NCBI GenBank assembly: GCA_039184115.1
Contig: JBCDBK010000002.1
Coordinates: 18,071 to 82,070, forward strand
Direction: 5' to 3'
Length of the DNA: 64,000 bases
Origin: Planctomycetota bacterium
GTDB lineage: Bacteria; Planctomycetota; Planctomycetia; Pirellulales; Lacipirellulaceae
This document shows, piece by piece, positions 46,991 through 56,458 of the stretch. Under the pieces are notes generated by a model, which was given only the letters and a program-made list of their open reading frames with translations, had not been told where the DNA came from and did no database searches. Position 1 is the first letter of the stretch. Each line of letters begins with the position of its first letter. The position numbers and the translations under genes are program-made.

Positions 46991-48070
46991 TCAGTGCCTT
47001 GCCAGCCAGTGCTTCGTGCCGACGACAGCGGCGATCATTGCGAAAAAGAGGACCGTTGACGGTTCGGGCACGGCGATCGTGCTCCAGCCAATATCGCGAA
47101 AGGCCGCGACGTCGACGTTGGTCAGTTCTAATCGGCGAATCGAGGCGCTAAAGTTGGCAACCGGCTCCATGATGAGGTCCTGTAAGTTGCCCGCGCCCGC
47201 AGTGCCGACATAGTTCGGCGCACCACCGGCAAAAATGATTGAGTCGTAGGTGCCATCTTCCCAGTGCTCGTTATCAGCAGATACCTGATTGAGCTCCGTC
47301 AGACTGGTGCCGTTGTCCGCGTTGTACGCGTTTACCGACTGCGGACCGGTGAACGTCCCGCCCGTGTCAAATTGCTCCCATTGGTTGAAGCTAAGGCTCA
47401 GGCCCAAAGCGTGGGAGATCTCATGCAGTGCAATCGAGTAAAAGTCGACCGCGCCAAACGGCGCTGACGTCGATGTGTCGAAGTGCCAGTTGACCGTCGA
47501 CCCGAACGAGACCGCACCGCCCCAAACTGGCAGATCGCCGGCCGTGTTGGACGGCGTATTCGGAATCAACCCTCGGTGCATCGGACCATTAAGATCATTG
47601 AAAGTCGAAACAAAGTTAACCCCGGTCCCCGTACCGCCGACGGCTACCGCGCCACCCAACGACGTCAGATCGCGGCCGCCAGCATACAGAATCCACGTGT
47701 CGGCTTGCAGCCCCGAGAAGCCGTACACGTCAGCCATGCCGGCTCCGGAGAGTGGATCGCTGGCAAAGCTGGCGGCGGTACTCGCTTGAAATAAATTGCC
47801 CGTGCCGGGATGACTAAACCCAATCCGCCAGCCTGCCGATGTGCCGGTGCCAGTTCCACTTGGCCCGACGGCTGCCAGGTTCGAGTCGATCACACGACTG
47901 ATGCGATCGGCCGCTTCCTGCATAGCCGTGCGCTTCGCAGTCGTATCAAAGAAATTGTTCGTGTCGTAAGTGTAGTCGACCTGCACGTTGATGGCGTAAG
48001 CATGGCTGACTAACGCCGCCAGCGCGATCGCAGCCAAGATCGACGATAGAATGGGCTTCGAGTTCGCCAT
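46991..48070 (-). CDS. PEP-CTERM sorting-domain protein with HExxH zinc-metallopeptidase motif
   Basis: Signal peptide MANSKPILSSILAAIALAALVSHAYA. Active-site-like IALHEISHALGLS. C-terminus VPEPSTVLFFAMIAAVVGTKHWLARH. Confidence 0.75.
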   Translation of the reverse strand: MANSKPILSSILAAIALAALVSHAYAINVQVDYTYDTNNFFDTTAKRTAMQEAADRISRVIDSNLAAVGPSGTGTGTSAGWRIGFSHPGTGNLFQASTAASFASDPLSGAGMADVYGFSGLQADTWILYAGGRDLTSLGGAVAVGGTGTGVNFVSTFNDLNGPMHRGLIPNTPSNTAGDLPVWGGAVSFGSTVNWHFDTSTSAPFGAVDFYSIALHEISHALGLSLSFNQWEQFDTGGTFTGPQSVNAYNADNGTSLTELNQVSADNEHWEDGTYDSIIFAGGAPNYVGTAGAGNLQDLIMEPVANFSASIRRLELTNVDVAAFRDIGWSTIAVPEPSTVLFFAMIAAVVGTKHWLARH

Positions 48071-48343
48071 CGTTACGCATTCGCCAAGCGATGTTTGCCA
48101 AAGAAGAGCAGCTTAGAGCTTACTCGCCGCAGGGGGAGCGGTCAACGAATTGCCAGCTCGGCTTTGTCGGCACAGCTGTTTGCACTACGATAATGGTGTC
48201 ACTTCGCGAGCCAAAAGGTTGCTTATGCGATGATCTCGCAAGGATAACCGCAGCAGCACCCGCCTGCCGTGGCACCCCCACAATCTTCGGGCCACGCGGA
48301 CGACCGATTTAGCCAACGCCGACACTCAGAGAGAAACAGCGCA

Positions 48344-49477
48344 GTGAAAACGAATCGCTCGTTTGTGCAAATTTTTGTCGCCGCAACACTCATTGCGCAG
48401 CCATGCTTGGCGAAGCAATTCAAATATCCGACGCAAAAAGTTGGCGGCGGTGAGCTTCGGTACATCGAAAATATCCCCGTGGCAACGCTGTCTGGCACAC
48501 CAGAACAAATTGGCCTCCAGTACGCAAAGTTGGTGGGCAAACCGGGTGAACCGCTGCTCAAGTACACGCGCACAATGCTCACCCGCGCGGGCCTACAAGA
48601 TGCTTGGCCGATGGTCGCCAACGTAAGCAAGCAACTCATGTCTCGCGCGCCGCTACGATATCAAAGCGAGATCAAAACGGTCATCGAAACCGCGGTGGTC
48701 GACCCCGACGAGATGTTCGTCGCCAATTCGCTACTCGAACTCCGGCGACTTGGCTGCTCTACCCTCATTGTCGAAGCCGAACGCAGTGCGACTGGCAGTC
48801 CGATCTTCGGCCGCAACTTCGATTTCCCGACCCTGGGCATTTTACATCGCTACAGCGTGCTAACCATTGTCCGACCGCAGGGCACACACGCATTCGCCAG
48901 CGTAGGATTTCCGGGGCTGATGGGCGTGATCTCCGGCATGAACGATGCAGGGCTGGCGATCGCCACACTCGACGTCGAAGCAACGAGTAACGGCTCGCCG
49001 CAGTTCGATCCCAGCGGCCCACCCATGATGCTCGTGTTTCGGCAGATCCTAGAAAACTGCGAGACGGTGGCCGAAGCCGAAGCGCTGCTCGAGAATACCA
49101 AGGCGACCACCTGGGCCAACCTCGCCGTCGCCGATACCAAAACCAGCGCCGTCTTCGAAATCACACCGACCGAAGTCGGCCGACGCGATGCCGTATCGGG
49201 CATCCTGCCCTGCACCAACCACTTTCGCTGCGAGGGGCTCGCCGCCAACACGACCTGTTCGCGATTCGAGAGCTTGCTCACCGCTACTTCGACCGACACG
49301 CTCTCGATCGGCGACGTGCACCAACACTTGGATGAGGTGAACCAAGATCAGCTGACGCTGCAGACCATGATCTTCGAGCCACGCGAGTTGATGCTGCATC
49401 TCGCCATCGGCAAGCTGCCATCCAGCAAGTCGCCACTAGTGCGCATCAACCTGAGCGAGCTATTTACGACAGAGTAG
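48344..49477 (+). CDS. secreted peptidase C45 / acyl-CoA:6-APA acyltransferase-like Ntn hydrolase
   Basis: Track ORF 48269..49477, trimmed to GTG 48344 (signal-like VKTNRSFVQIFVAATLIAQPCLA). The putative autoprocessing and nucleophile site is RRLG/CSTLIVEAERSATGSPIFGRNFDF, followed by GFPGLMGVISGMNDAGLAIATLDV. Confidence 0.65.
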   Translation: MKTNRSFVQIFVAATLIAQPCLAKQFKYPTQKVGGGELRYIENIPVATLSGTPEQIGLQYAKLVGKPGEPLLKYTRTMLTRAGLQDAWPMVANVSKQLMSRAPLRYQSEIKTVIETAVVDPDEMFVANSLLELRRLGCSTLIVEAERSATGSPIFGRNFDFPTLGILHRYSVLTIVRPQGTHAFASVGFPGLMGVISGMNDAGLAIATLDVEATSNGSPQFDPSGPPMMLVFRQILENCETVAEAEALLENTKATTWANLAVADTKTSAVFEITPTEVGRRDAVSGILPCTNHFRCEGLAANTTCSRFESLLTATSTDTLSIGDVHQHLDEVNQDQLTLQTMIFEPRELMLHLAIGKLPSSKSPLVRINLSELFTTE

Positions 49478-49664
49478 CTACCCACTCTGCTCTGTGGTGC
49501 GTGACTAACAAGCAAACAGCTTTACCCAGCACTACCGTCTGGATCTTAGCGGAATTGGGTCAGAGGCGGGAAAACGATTGAGATAACCTCCAGAATCACC
49601 TGGTCGCGACGAGCGATTCTCGATTGCCAAAGCGCGCTGGCCGCAACTCCTGTGCATAGCTCTG

Positions 49665-50264
49665 TTATCCCACGAGCTCTGTCGCGGTGTCTGGTCTCAA
49701 CATTCTTAACGAGTTTAATACGACCCAGGTAAACACAACCGCGAGGATGGCTCGGTGAGCAACCGGCTCTGCGGAGACTCCGCCAGAAACACAGACGATA
49801 GGAAGGATTGCCAGAGCAACGACCCAATGGGCCATGGTCCGGTCGTACTCGGTCGCTCGTGAGCCAGTAAGCCGTGCCATCCCGAGACATAAACCCGCGA
49901 GCGACAGACAAATCGACACGAAATGCGCCGCAGAGAGTGGCGATTGCGGCTGAGCGAAATCGGTGGGTATGGCGGCGAGCGCAAACCCAAGTCCAGCGAC
50001 CATCAAGCACGCTCCGAGTACGCGATCGTTTCTGCACAAACCAAACAGCCAGCCGAAGGCAGCCAACAAGACACCAACGACTGCGAACCCAAAGATGTTC
50101 CACCAGAGCGCATAGGGTTGTCCCTTGCTGCCCAGCTTGCTGACAAAGTCACCGAAGGCATCGAAGTCGGGGTGCAGAAAACCAAACAGCATAAACGAGC
50201 ACAAGAAAACCGACACCGACAACAAACCGCAGACGGCAGTTAGAATTTGTAATCGTCGAATCAT
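49665..50264 (-). CDS. DUF998-like integral membrane protein
   Basis: Six hydrophobic helices. HPDFDAFGDFVSKLGSKGQPYALWWNIFGFAVVGVLL resembles the DUF998 N-terminal signature. Confidence 0.5.
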   Translation of the reverse strand: MIRRLQILTAVCGLLSVSVFLCSFMLFGFLHPDFDAFGDFVSKLGSKGQPYALWWNIFGFAVVGVLLAAFGWLFGLCRNDRVLGACLMVAGLGFALAAIPTDFAQPQSPLSAAHFVSICLSLAGLCLGMARLTGSRATEYDRTMAHWVVALAILPIVCVSGGVSAEPVAHRAILAVVFTWVVLNSLRMLRPDTATELVG

Positions 50265-50738
50265 TGGATTAGGTTATTCTGCTTTCGCCTATCACAGAAC
50301 TCTCTGCTTTGAATATTTACAGAATCAACAGGCTTCATTTTCGTATGAGTCTCATCCTGTCAATCTTGTTGATCCTGTCAAAATACGGTCCGTCGATGCC
50401 CAGCGGCATGGGTTCTGGGATAGGCTCTTGTGGATTTCTGCGCAGCTAATGTACCCACCGTTAGCGTTTTGGCGATAAATACCGAACTTCCGTTCGGCAG
50501 CGGAAGTTCGTTGGTCGCGCTGGAGTCCATAAGAAGTGAGGTGCCTGCAAGCGATCCAACCAGCGGCGTTACCCTTGGCAAGCTTTGCGGTCTGCGCTGA
50601 GGCTGATCTCTTGGTAGGCTGGCGAGAATGGATCGAAGCGGTCTGACCATTCGGCTTTTTCTGCATTTGTGGCCGCTGATTGGCGATGCTCAAAGCAGTG
50701 TCGCTGTCGTCTTTTGATCTCGCCTGCCAGGTCTTGCC

Positions 50739-51509
50739 GTGTCTGCCGCCGATCTCTCGCAATTGACTGCTATCATCACCTCGGCCAATCGGCCCAAGAG
50801 TCTGCGACGCGCGATCCACAGTCTGCGCCGCCGACTGCCGGATCTAAAGATCCTGGTCGCCGATCACGGCAGCGAACCAAGTGTGCCGAAACAGGCCGAC
50901 GCGGTCAAAGTGCCGCCGGGCGTCGGACGTGCCTCGGCCAGCAACGCCCTGCTATCGCGTGTGCGGACGCCCTACTTTTTGATGCTCGACGACAGTGCTG
51001 AAATTGTCGCGGAAACGCTGGTCCAACCGCTCGTCGAACTCGTCGCTGACGACAAACTCGATCTGGCAGGCGGCGACTTTATCGGCTGTCGCCGACGGTT
51101 ATGGTTTTTCGTCAAACGCCAACCGCAACCCGGGCACGGACTGCTCGACTTCGCGGGCGACCAGCTGAATTTGCGTGCAGGTCATCGCACGATCGGCGAT
51201 GGCTACGCGTGGTGCGACTTCGTGCATAACTTCTTCGTCGCCAAGACTTCAAAAGTACGCAATCTAGGCGGCTGGGACCCCGAACTAGAAAACGACGAGC
51301 GCATCGAGTTCTTCGTCCGCGCGCAGCGACAAGGCTTGCGCGTCGGACTGGCTCCCGAGGTAATCGCCTCGCTGTGGGACGAACCGGCCGACACTGACGA
51401 GGCACCAGCAGATCGCAAGAGTCTGGCCGTCGCCAAAATGGGCCTGGCCCGCATAGTCGACCTCGAAGGTCGAACGATCAAAGCACCACGACGCGCGGCC
51501 GCTGCGTAA
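50739..51509 (+). CDS. glycosyltransferase family 2-like protein
   Basis: GTG start. LTAIITSANRPKSLRRAIHSLRRRLPDLKILVADHG is the GT-A N-terminal strand and helix. The DxD-like site is in YFLMLDDS. Confidence 0.65.
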   Translation: MSAADLSQLTAIITSANRPKSLRRAIHSLRRRLPDLKILVADHGSEPSVPKQADAVKVPPGVGRASASNALLSRVRTPYFLMLDDSAEIVAETLVQPLVELVADDKLDLAGGDFIGCRRRLWFFVKRQPQPGHGLLDFAGDQLNLRAGHRTIGDGYAWCDFVHNFFVAKTSKVRNLGGWDPELENDERIEFFVRAQRQGLRVGLAPEVIASLWDEPADTDEAPADRKSLAVAKMGLARIVDLEGRTIKAPRRAAAA

Positions 51510-51972
51510 GAACTCCGGACAAGCGTCATTGCGTCGTTCGTTATCTGCCAGGAATCGTCGCAGAAATTGGCCGCTTGGGCAGGTAAAATGTGTTAGCGAC
51601 GGGTTGTGCCTTGACCGCATGCTTCGGAAGTTTGGATGGGCCGCGTGGTGGAAGGTTGCCGGTTTTGTAACGGTTGGCGCCGTGGCATCTTCAAAATGAC
51701 GGCTTAAGCGATCGTGGCTGAGTTTGTAAATCTCGGTCGCAGCGGGAGTTATGCCTGTCCCATCGCCAGGGCGCGGCTGAGTTTTGTACTTTTGAAACGC
51801 GGGTTCTGTTTTGCCGGGTGCGTCGAAACTCAAACCCCTTCATTTCTCGGCTGAATCTGGTGGGCAAATCACGTTACGTAACAGTGGGTGTTACAAAACT
51901 ACTGCGCGTTGGCGAGGGTCGCTCTTTGGACGTCGGCAGCAGTTCGACGATAGCGCCACGCGCGTCGGCGGC

Positions 51973-52935
51973 TTACTTCGTCGCGATGGTGCAAGAAAGG
52001 CCGAGACCGCGGCAGAGTAGATGCGCAGGACGCAACGGCAGTTTGTCGATGAGGGGTTCGACGAGTTGCTTGGCCAAGCGAAAACCACCGCCGAAGTGGT
52101 AGATTCGTCCGCGAGTCACAAACAGCGGCGTCGCCACGCGCCGAAAACCAGCTTGCTTGAGCAGCCCCGTCACTTCGGCCAGGCGATACTCTTTGAGGTG
52201 CAGTCCTCGCGCTTCGGTGCGTGGTGGGCAGAAGTCGTAAGTGACGTCCGAGGGGCGAAGTAACCAATTGGGGGTAATCGTGACCAATTGACCACCGGGA
52301 GCAAGCAATTCGCAGACCTTGGCCAAGTAGTCCGAGATTTCGTCGGGACAGATATGCTCGAACACATCATTCCAATAGATCAAACTCGGTCGCCCAGGAA
52401 GGTCCTCTTTTTTTACATCCAACAGGTTGCCAAGTAGGAGACGGTCGGCAGCCTTCTCACCGAGCGTGGCAAGCGCCTGGTTGCGCATGGTCTTCGCGAC
52501 TTCGATACCGCCGACCGGAAAGCCATGTTCTCGCACCTCCCGCAGCATGACACCCGAACCGTAGCCGATTTCAAAGAAGCTAGGACGGCCGTTCCCACGA
52601 TTGATCTGTTGATTCAGCAGTTCGACGACCAATCGACCGTAACGCGGATCGAGACCCATCACCAGTGGCTGACCCGCCGGCTGCTGAGCAGCCAGGATGG
52701 CGCAGACCGTATCGTACGCTTGCCCGACGACCAAGGCGCGATCGTGCGACCCTTTGGGCAATGTTCGAATTGCGTTGGCAAACTTCTGCTCTTGCTCCCA
52801 CTGCAGCTGCTGCAACTGCTCGACCGCGAGGCCATCCAGCGATTGCCACCGACCGTCGGCCAACATGACCTCTGGCAGACGTTCCGATGTCAATGCGTCG
52901 GGCATTTCAGTTGGAGCGGGATCAAGCGTCAGCAT
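51973..52935 (-). CDS. class I SAM-dependent methyltransferase
   Basis: Track ORF 51973..53127, tentatively trimmed to ATG 52935 (MLTLDPAP...). Motif I is FFEIGYGSGVMLREVREHGFPVGGIEV. Later motifs are in LIYWNDVFEHICPDEISDYLAKVCELLAPGGQL. Confidence 0.75.
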   Translation of the reverse strand: MLTLDPAPTEMPDALTSERLPEVMLADGRWQSLDGLAVEQLQQLQWEQEQKFANAIRTLPKGSHDRALVVGQAYDTVCAILAAQQPAGQPLVMGLDPRYGRLVVELLNQQINRGNGRPSFFEIGYGSGVMLREVREHGFPVGGIEVAKTMRNQALATLGEKAADRLLLGNLLDVKKEDLPGRPSLIYWNDVFEHICPDEISDYLAKVCELLAPGGQLVTITPNWLLRPSDVTYDFCPPRTEARGLHLKEYRLAEVTGLLKQAGFRRVATPLFVTRGRIYHFGGGFRLAKQLVEPLIDKLPLRPAHLLCRGLGLSCTIATK

Positions 52936-53175
52936 GAACGACGGTTCCTTGGCAGAATTCGTGAACTCGGAGCAGCCTACTTCAAGCCTACTGCGCAGAA
53001 TCGCTGTTCGCGTAAGAATGGCCGCCAGCAACGTAACGCCAAGGTGCCGGTCGCGACGACTGTGACGCCACGAGCTTCGCATCTGACCACAAAAACAGGC
53101 CTGACAGTCAACGACTGCCAGGCCCATCGAAAGGGAGGCTGGTTTCCCTTACCTCAAAGGTTCCGTCCTATTTTT

Positions 53176-54027
53176 CTAACGCTGACGACGAGTCAGACCA
53201 CACAAGCCGACGAGACCGATGCCAGCAATCGCCAGGGTCGTTGGCTCGGGAACGACACTGATGCGGATCGTGGCGACCAATTCGCTGGCTCCGATGACGG
53301 TATCGTTAATCACGGTACCGGCGGGCGTTTCGAGACCCGCAAAAACCGAGAGGTCGTCACCCGGCGCAATCACACCACCCTCGGGGGTACCTTCTCCACC
53401 CATTCGTCCCACAGCGAAAGCGGCTCCGCCGTCGACACCTGCGTCGTTGACTTCGGTTCCGGCATCGTAGATCTGGCTTCCAAAGATCTGAATCTCAAAC
53501 ACGCCATTCGTGCCCAGGAAGTTGTCGCCTGCATCAAAGATCTGATGTGCCAGCGGATCGCTATTGGCAATGAACGTATCGTTAGTTGGTACGACCATCG
53601 ATGCGAAGCTGAAGTACTGATAGCTGGAAGGATTGATCGCGGTCACCGTCGTCGAGGCGGTTTCGCCGGGTGCCAACGGTGGAGGTCCCATTGGGCTAGC
53701 GACGACACCATTGATATCGCCAGGGCTAGCAGGACTAGATTCGAAAGCAGTCGTGATTGGCCCCACGTCGCCGACTTCGGCGATCGTCTCCAAGAACGGC
53801 TGCGCGACGACACCCGTATCAAAAATATCAAACCCACCGTTATGAAAACCGAACCAAACAGGCGTAATAAAAAAGTCGCTATTGCCTTCGTTCGTAACTT
53901 CAATGGTGATCGCATCGCCACCCATAACAACCTGAGCTGATGCTTGGCTCATGACGCTAACCAAAGTTGCAGCAACTACGAAGCAAGCTGCAACACCCTT
54001 CAAGACTCTGAAAACACTGATGCTCAC
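53176..54027 (-). CDS. PEP-CTERM sorting-domain protein, spondin_N-like
   Basis: GTG start preceded by GGGAG. Signal peptide ...VMSQASA. FITPVWFGFHNGGFDIFDTG resembles bacterial spondin-N-like proteins (from memory). C-terminus VPEPTTLAIAGIGLVGLCGLTRRQR. Confidence 0.8.
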   Translation of the reverse strand: MSISVFRVLKGVAACFVVAATLVSVMSQASAQVVMGGDAITIEVTNEGNSDFFITPVWFGFHNGGFDIFDTGVVAQPFLETIAEVGDVGPITTAFESSPASPGDINGVVASPMGPPPLAPGETASTTVTAINPSSYQYFSFASMVVPTNDTFIANSDPLAHQIFDAGDNFLGTNGVFEIQIFGSQIYDAGTEVNDAGVDGGAAFAVGRMGGEGTPEGGVIAPGDDLSVFAGLETPAGTVINDTVIGASELVATIRISVVPEPTTLAIAGIGLVGLCGLTRRQR

Positions 54028-54655
54028 GTTACATACTCCCTAAACGGATCAAAGATGTGAAAGTGGCAGTCGTGCCACTGCGGTTGCAAAAGAGATGAGA
54101 GGCGCTGTGTCGCATCTATCTCTCGTTCCTTTTTCTTGTTTTAGTTAACGATGATTTCAATTTATGTAATCTGTCACACTCAAGTAATTTTTTTCTTTAG
54201 CTACCCTTTGGAGCCACTTCTCGAATCTTGCTGGCTGTCTCAATGCAACTTCAGCGCGTACCCCATTCGAGGCAATCTGACGTGCAGTGCGTTGAGAGTG
54301 CAAATAGAAAGGAAAACACTAATGTGTTTCGCGGGTGGACAACCTGTTACGCGTCCATTCGTCGATCGCAATAATTGCCTGGGTTAGCAACTCTCAATTT
54401 AGAAGAAAGAAAGCGAGTACCACTTCGAGCCACTCGATGAGCCCTTCAGCATTGGTGCCCATTGTGGCTAAAAGTGACAACAAGTTTCGTAAGGTCGCTA
54501 ACGTAACGAGCAAGTTTCCAAGAAAACGCGTTTTGCACCCTTTTTCACAGCAAAAACGGGCCCCTGTAGCGAACGAATTGATGCGATACAATGTCCCATC
54601 TGTGAGATTCCTCACACTAGCAATTGGCTCGACTTAACAAGAAAGGGTCGTCACA

Positions 54656-56365
54656 TTGGCCAGCCGTCAAGACACCGCTACCACGCTGAATACTTACAGT
54701 CGCCAGATCACACAACCAAAATCCCAAGGTGCCTCTCAGGCGATGCTCTATGGCACCGGGCTCACCGATGAAGACCTGGCGAAGCCACAGATTGGGATTG
54801 CAAGCGTGTGGTACGAAGGCAATACCTGCAATATGCACTTGCTCGATTTGGCTGGCAAAGTGAAAGAGGGTGTGCAACAAGCGGGTCTGGTCGGCATGCG
54901 ATTCAATACCGTAGGCGTGTCGGACGGAATTTCGATGGGTACTGACGGCATGAGTTTCTCGCTTCAGTCGCGTGATCTGATAGCCGACTCGATCGAAACC
55001 GTGATGGGTGCCCAGTGGTACGATGGCTGCATCACTCTGCCTGGTTGCGACAAGAACATGCCTGGCTGCCTGATGGCTCTCGGTCGACTGAACCGCCCAG
55101 GCTTGATGGTTTACGGAGGGACGATTAAGCCCGGCTACACTCACTTCGACGGCGACCGGCAGAAGCGCGATATCGTCAGTGCGTTCCAGTGCTATGGCGA
55201 GTTTCTGGCCGGTAGGATCAACGAAGAGGAACGAAAAGAGATCGTTCGTTGTAGCATTCCCGGCGCTGGCGCATGCGGGGGTATGTATACCGCCAACACC
55301 ATGGCGTCGGCCATCGAAGCACTTGGCATGTCGTTGCCATACAGTTCCTCGATCCCGGCAGAACACCCCGACAAACTGCGAGAGTGCGTCGATGCCGGGG
55401 CGGCCGTTCGCACCTGCCTCGAACGCGATATCAAGCCGCGCGATATCATGACGCGCGCGGCATTTGAGAATGCGCTCGTCTATTTGATGGTCGTTGGTGG
55501 GTCGACCAACGCGGTGTTGCATCTAATCGCGATGGCGCGCAGCGTCGATGTCAAACTGACGATTGACGACTTCCAAGCCGTTAGTGATCGCACCCCATTG
55601 TTGGCCGATCTCAAACCAAGCGGACGATTCGTGCAAGAAGAACTCCACGAAGTCGGCGGCACGCCCGCAGTCATGAAGATGCTGCTCGACGAAGGGCTGA
55701 TCTCGGGCGATTGCCTGACTGTGACCGGCAAGACGATTGCCGAGAATATCGCCGACCTGCCGGCGCTCAGCGAAGGACAGGAAGTTGTCAGGCCGCTGTC
55801 CGACCCGATTAAAGCTACTGGGCATATTCGCATCATGCGTGGCAACTTCTGTCCCGACGGAGCCGTGGCAAAGATCACTGGCAAGGAAGGCCTGCAATTC
55901 TCTGGCCCAGCAAATGTATTCGACTCAGAAGAAGACATGCTAACAGCGCTGGAGCAGGACAAGATCAACAAAGGCGACGTCGTCATCATTCGTTACGAGG
56001 GTCCGCAAGGTGGACCTGGCATGCCAGAAATGTTGACTCCCACCAGCGCAATCATGGGCGCAGGACTTGGTAGCGACGTGGCCTTGATCACCGACGGACG
56101 ATTTAGCGGCGGCTCACATGGCTTTATCGTTGGCCACGTCACTCCAGAAGCACAAGTCGGTGGGCCGATCGCGTTGGTGGAAACGGGCGACCCAATCACG
56201 ATCGACGCTGAGGCAAACACTATCAACGTGGAGGTGTCCGACGAACAGATGCAGCGCCGTCGCGAGGCGTGGACCGCGCCGCCATTCAAAGCTACTCGCG
56301 GCACGCTCTACAAATACATCAAAAACGTGAAGAGCGCGAGCGAAGGTTGCGTAACCGACGAGTAA
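54656..56365 (+). CDS. ilvD: dihydroxy-acid dehydratase
   Basis: TTG start. [50 protein letters not shown] and [14 protein letters not shown] are all hallmark IlvD segments. Confidence 0.95.
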   Translation: MASRQDTATTLNTYSRQITQPKSQGASQAMLYGTGLTDEDLAKPQIGIASVWYEGNTCNMHLLDLAGKVKEGVQQAGLVGMRFNTVGVSDGISMGTDGMSFSLQSRDLIADSIETVMGAQWYDGCITLPGCDKNMPGCLMALGRLNRPGLMVYGGTIKPGYTHFDGDRQKRDIVSAFQCYGEFLAGRINEEERKEIVRCSIPGAGACGGMYTANTMASAIEALGMSLPYSSSIPAEHPDKLRECVDAGAAVRTCLERDIKPRDIMTRAAFENALVYLMVVGGSTNAVLHLIAMARSVDVKLTIDDFQAVSDRTPLLADLKPSGRFVQEELHEVGGTPAVMKMLLDEGLISGDCLTVTGKTIAENIADLPALSEGQEVVRPLSDPIKATGHIRIMRGNFCPDGAVAKITGKEGLQFSGPANVFDSEEDMLTALEQDKINKGDVVIIRYEGPQGGPGMPEMLTPTSAIMGAGLGSDVALITDGRFSGGSHGFIVGHVTPEAQVGGPIALVETGDPITIDAEANTINVEVSDEQMQRRREAWTAPPFKATRGTLYKYIKNVKSASEGCVTDE

Positions 56366-56458
56366 TTCGGTGAACTCCAGCAATTGACCAGTTACAATTG
56401 AGATCTGCAATGATCCCATTGATGCGACTTCACCTGACTGCTCCGAGAATCGACCACC

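Noticed and set aside
53133-53152. Hairpin AAGGGA-ggctggtt-TCCCTT just downstream of the spondin-like gene on the minus strand
   Set aside because: The stem is only 6 bp and there is no U-tract in the relevant orientation. This is too weak to call a terminator.
52525-53940. 471 aa ORF on the + strand, one of the longest in the track
   Set aside because: It runs antisense across two well-supported minus-strand genes (methyltransferase 51973..52935 and PEP-CTERM protein 53176..54027) and the gap between them. Its translation is Arg/Thr/Gln-rich and low in complexity, with no recognisable motif. This is a typical GC-rich shadow frame.
54617-55522. 301 aa ORF on the - strand
   Set aside because: It is entirely antisense to ilvD, whose product carries unmistakable dihydroxy-acid dehydratase motifs. 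The minus-frame translation has no motifs.
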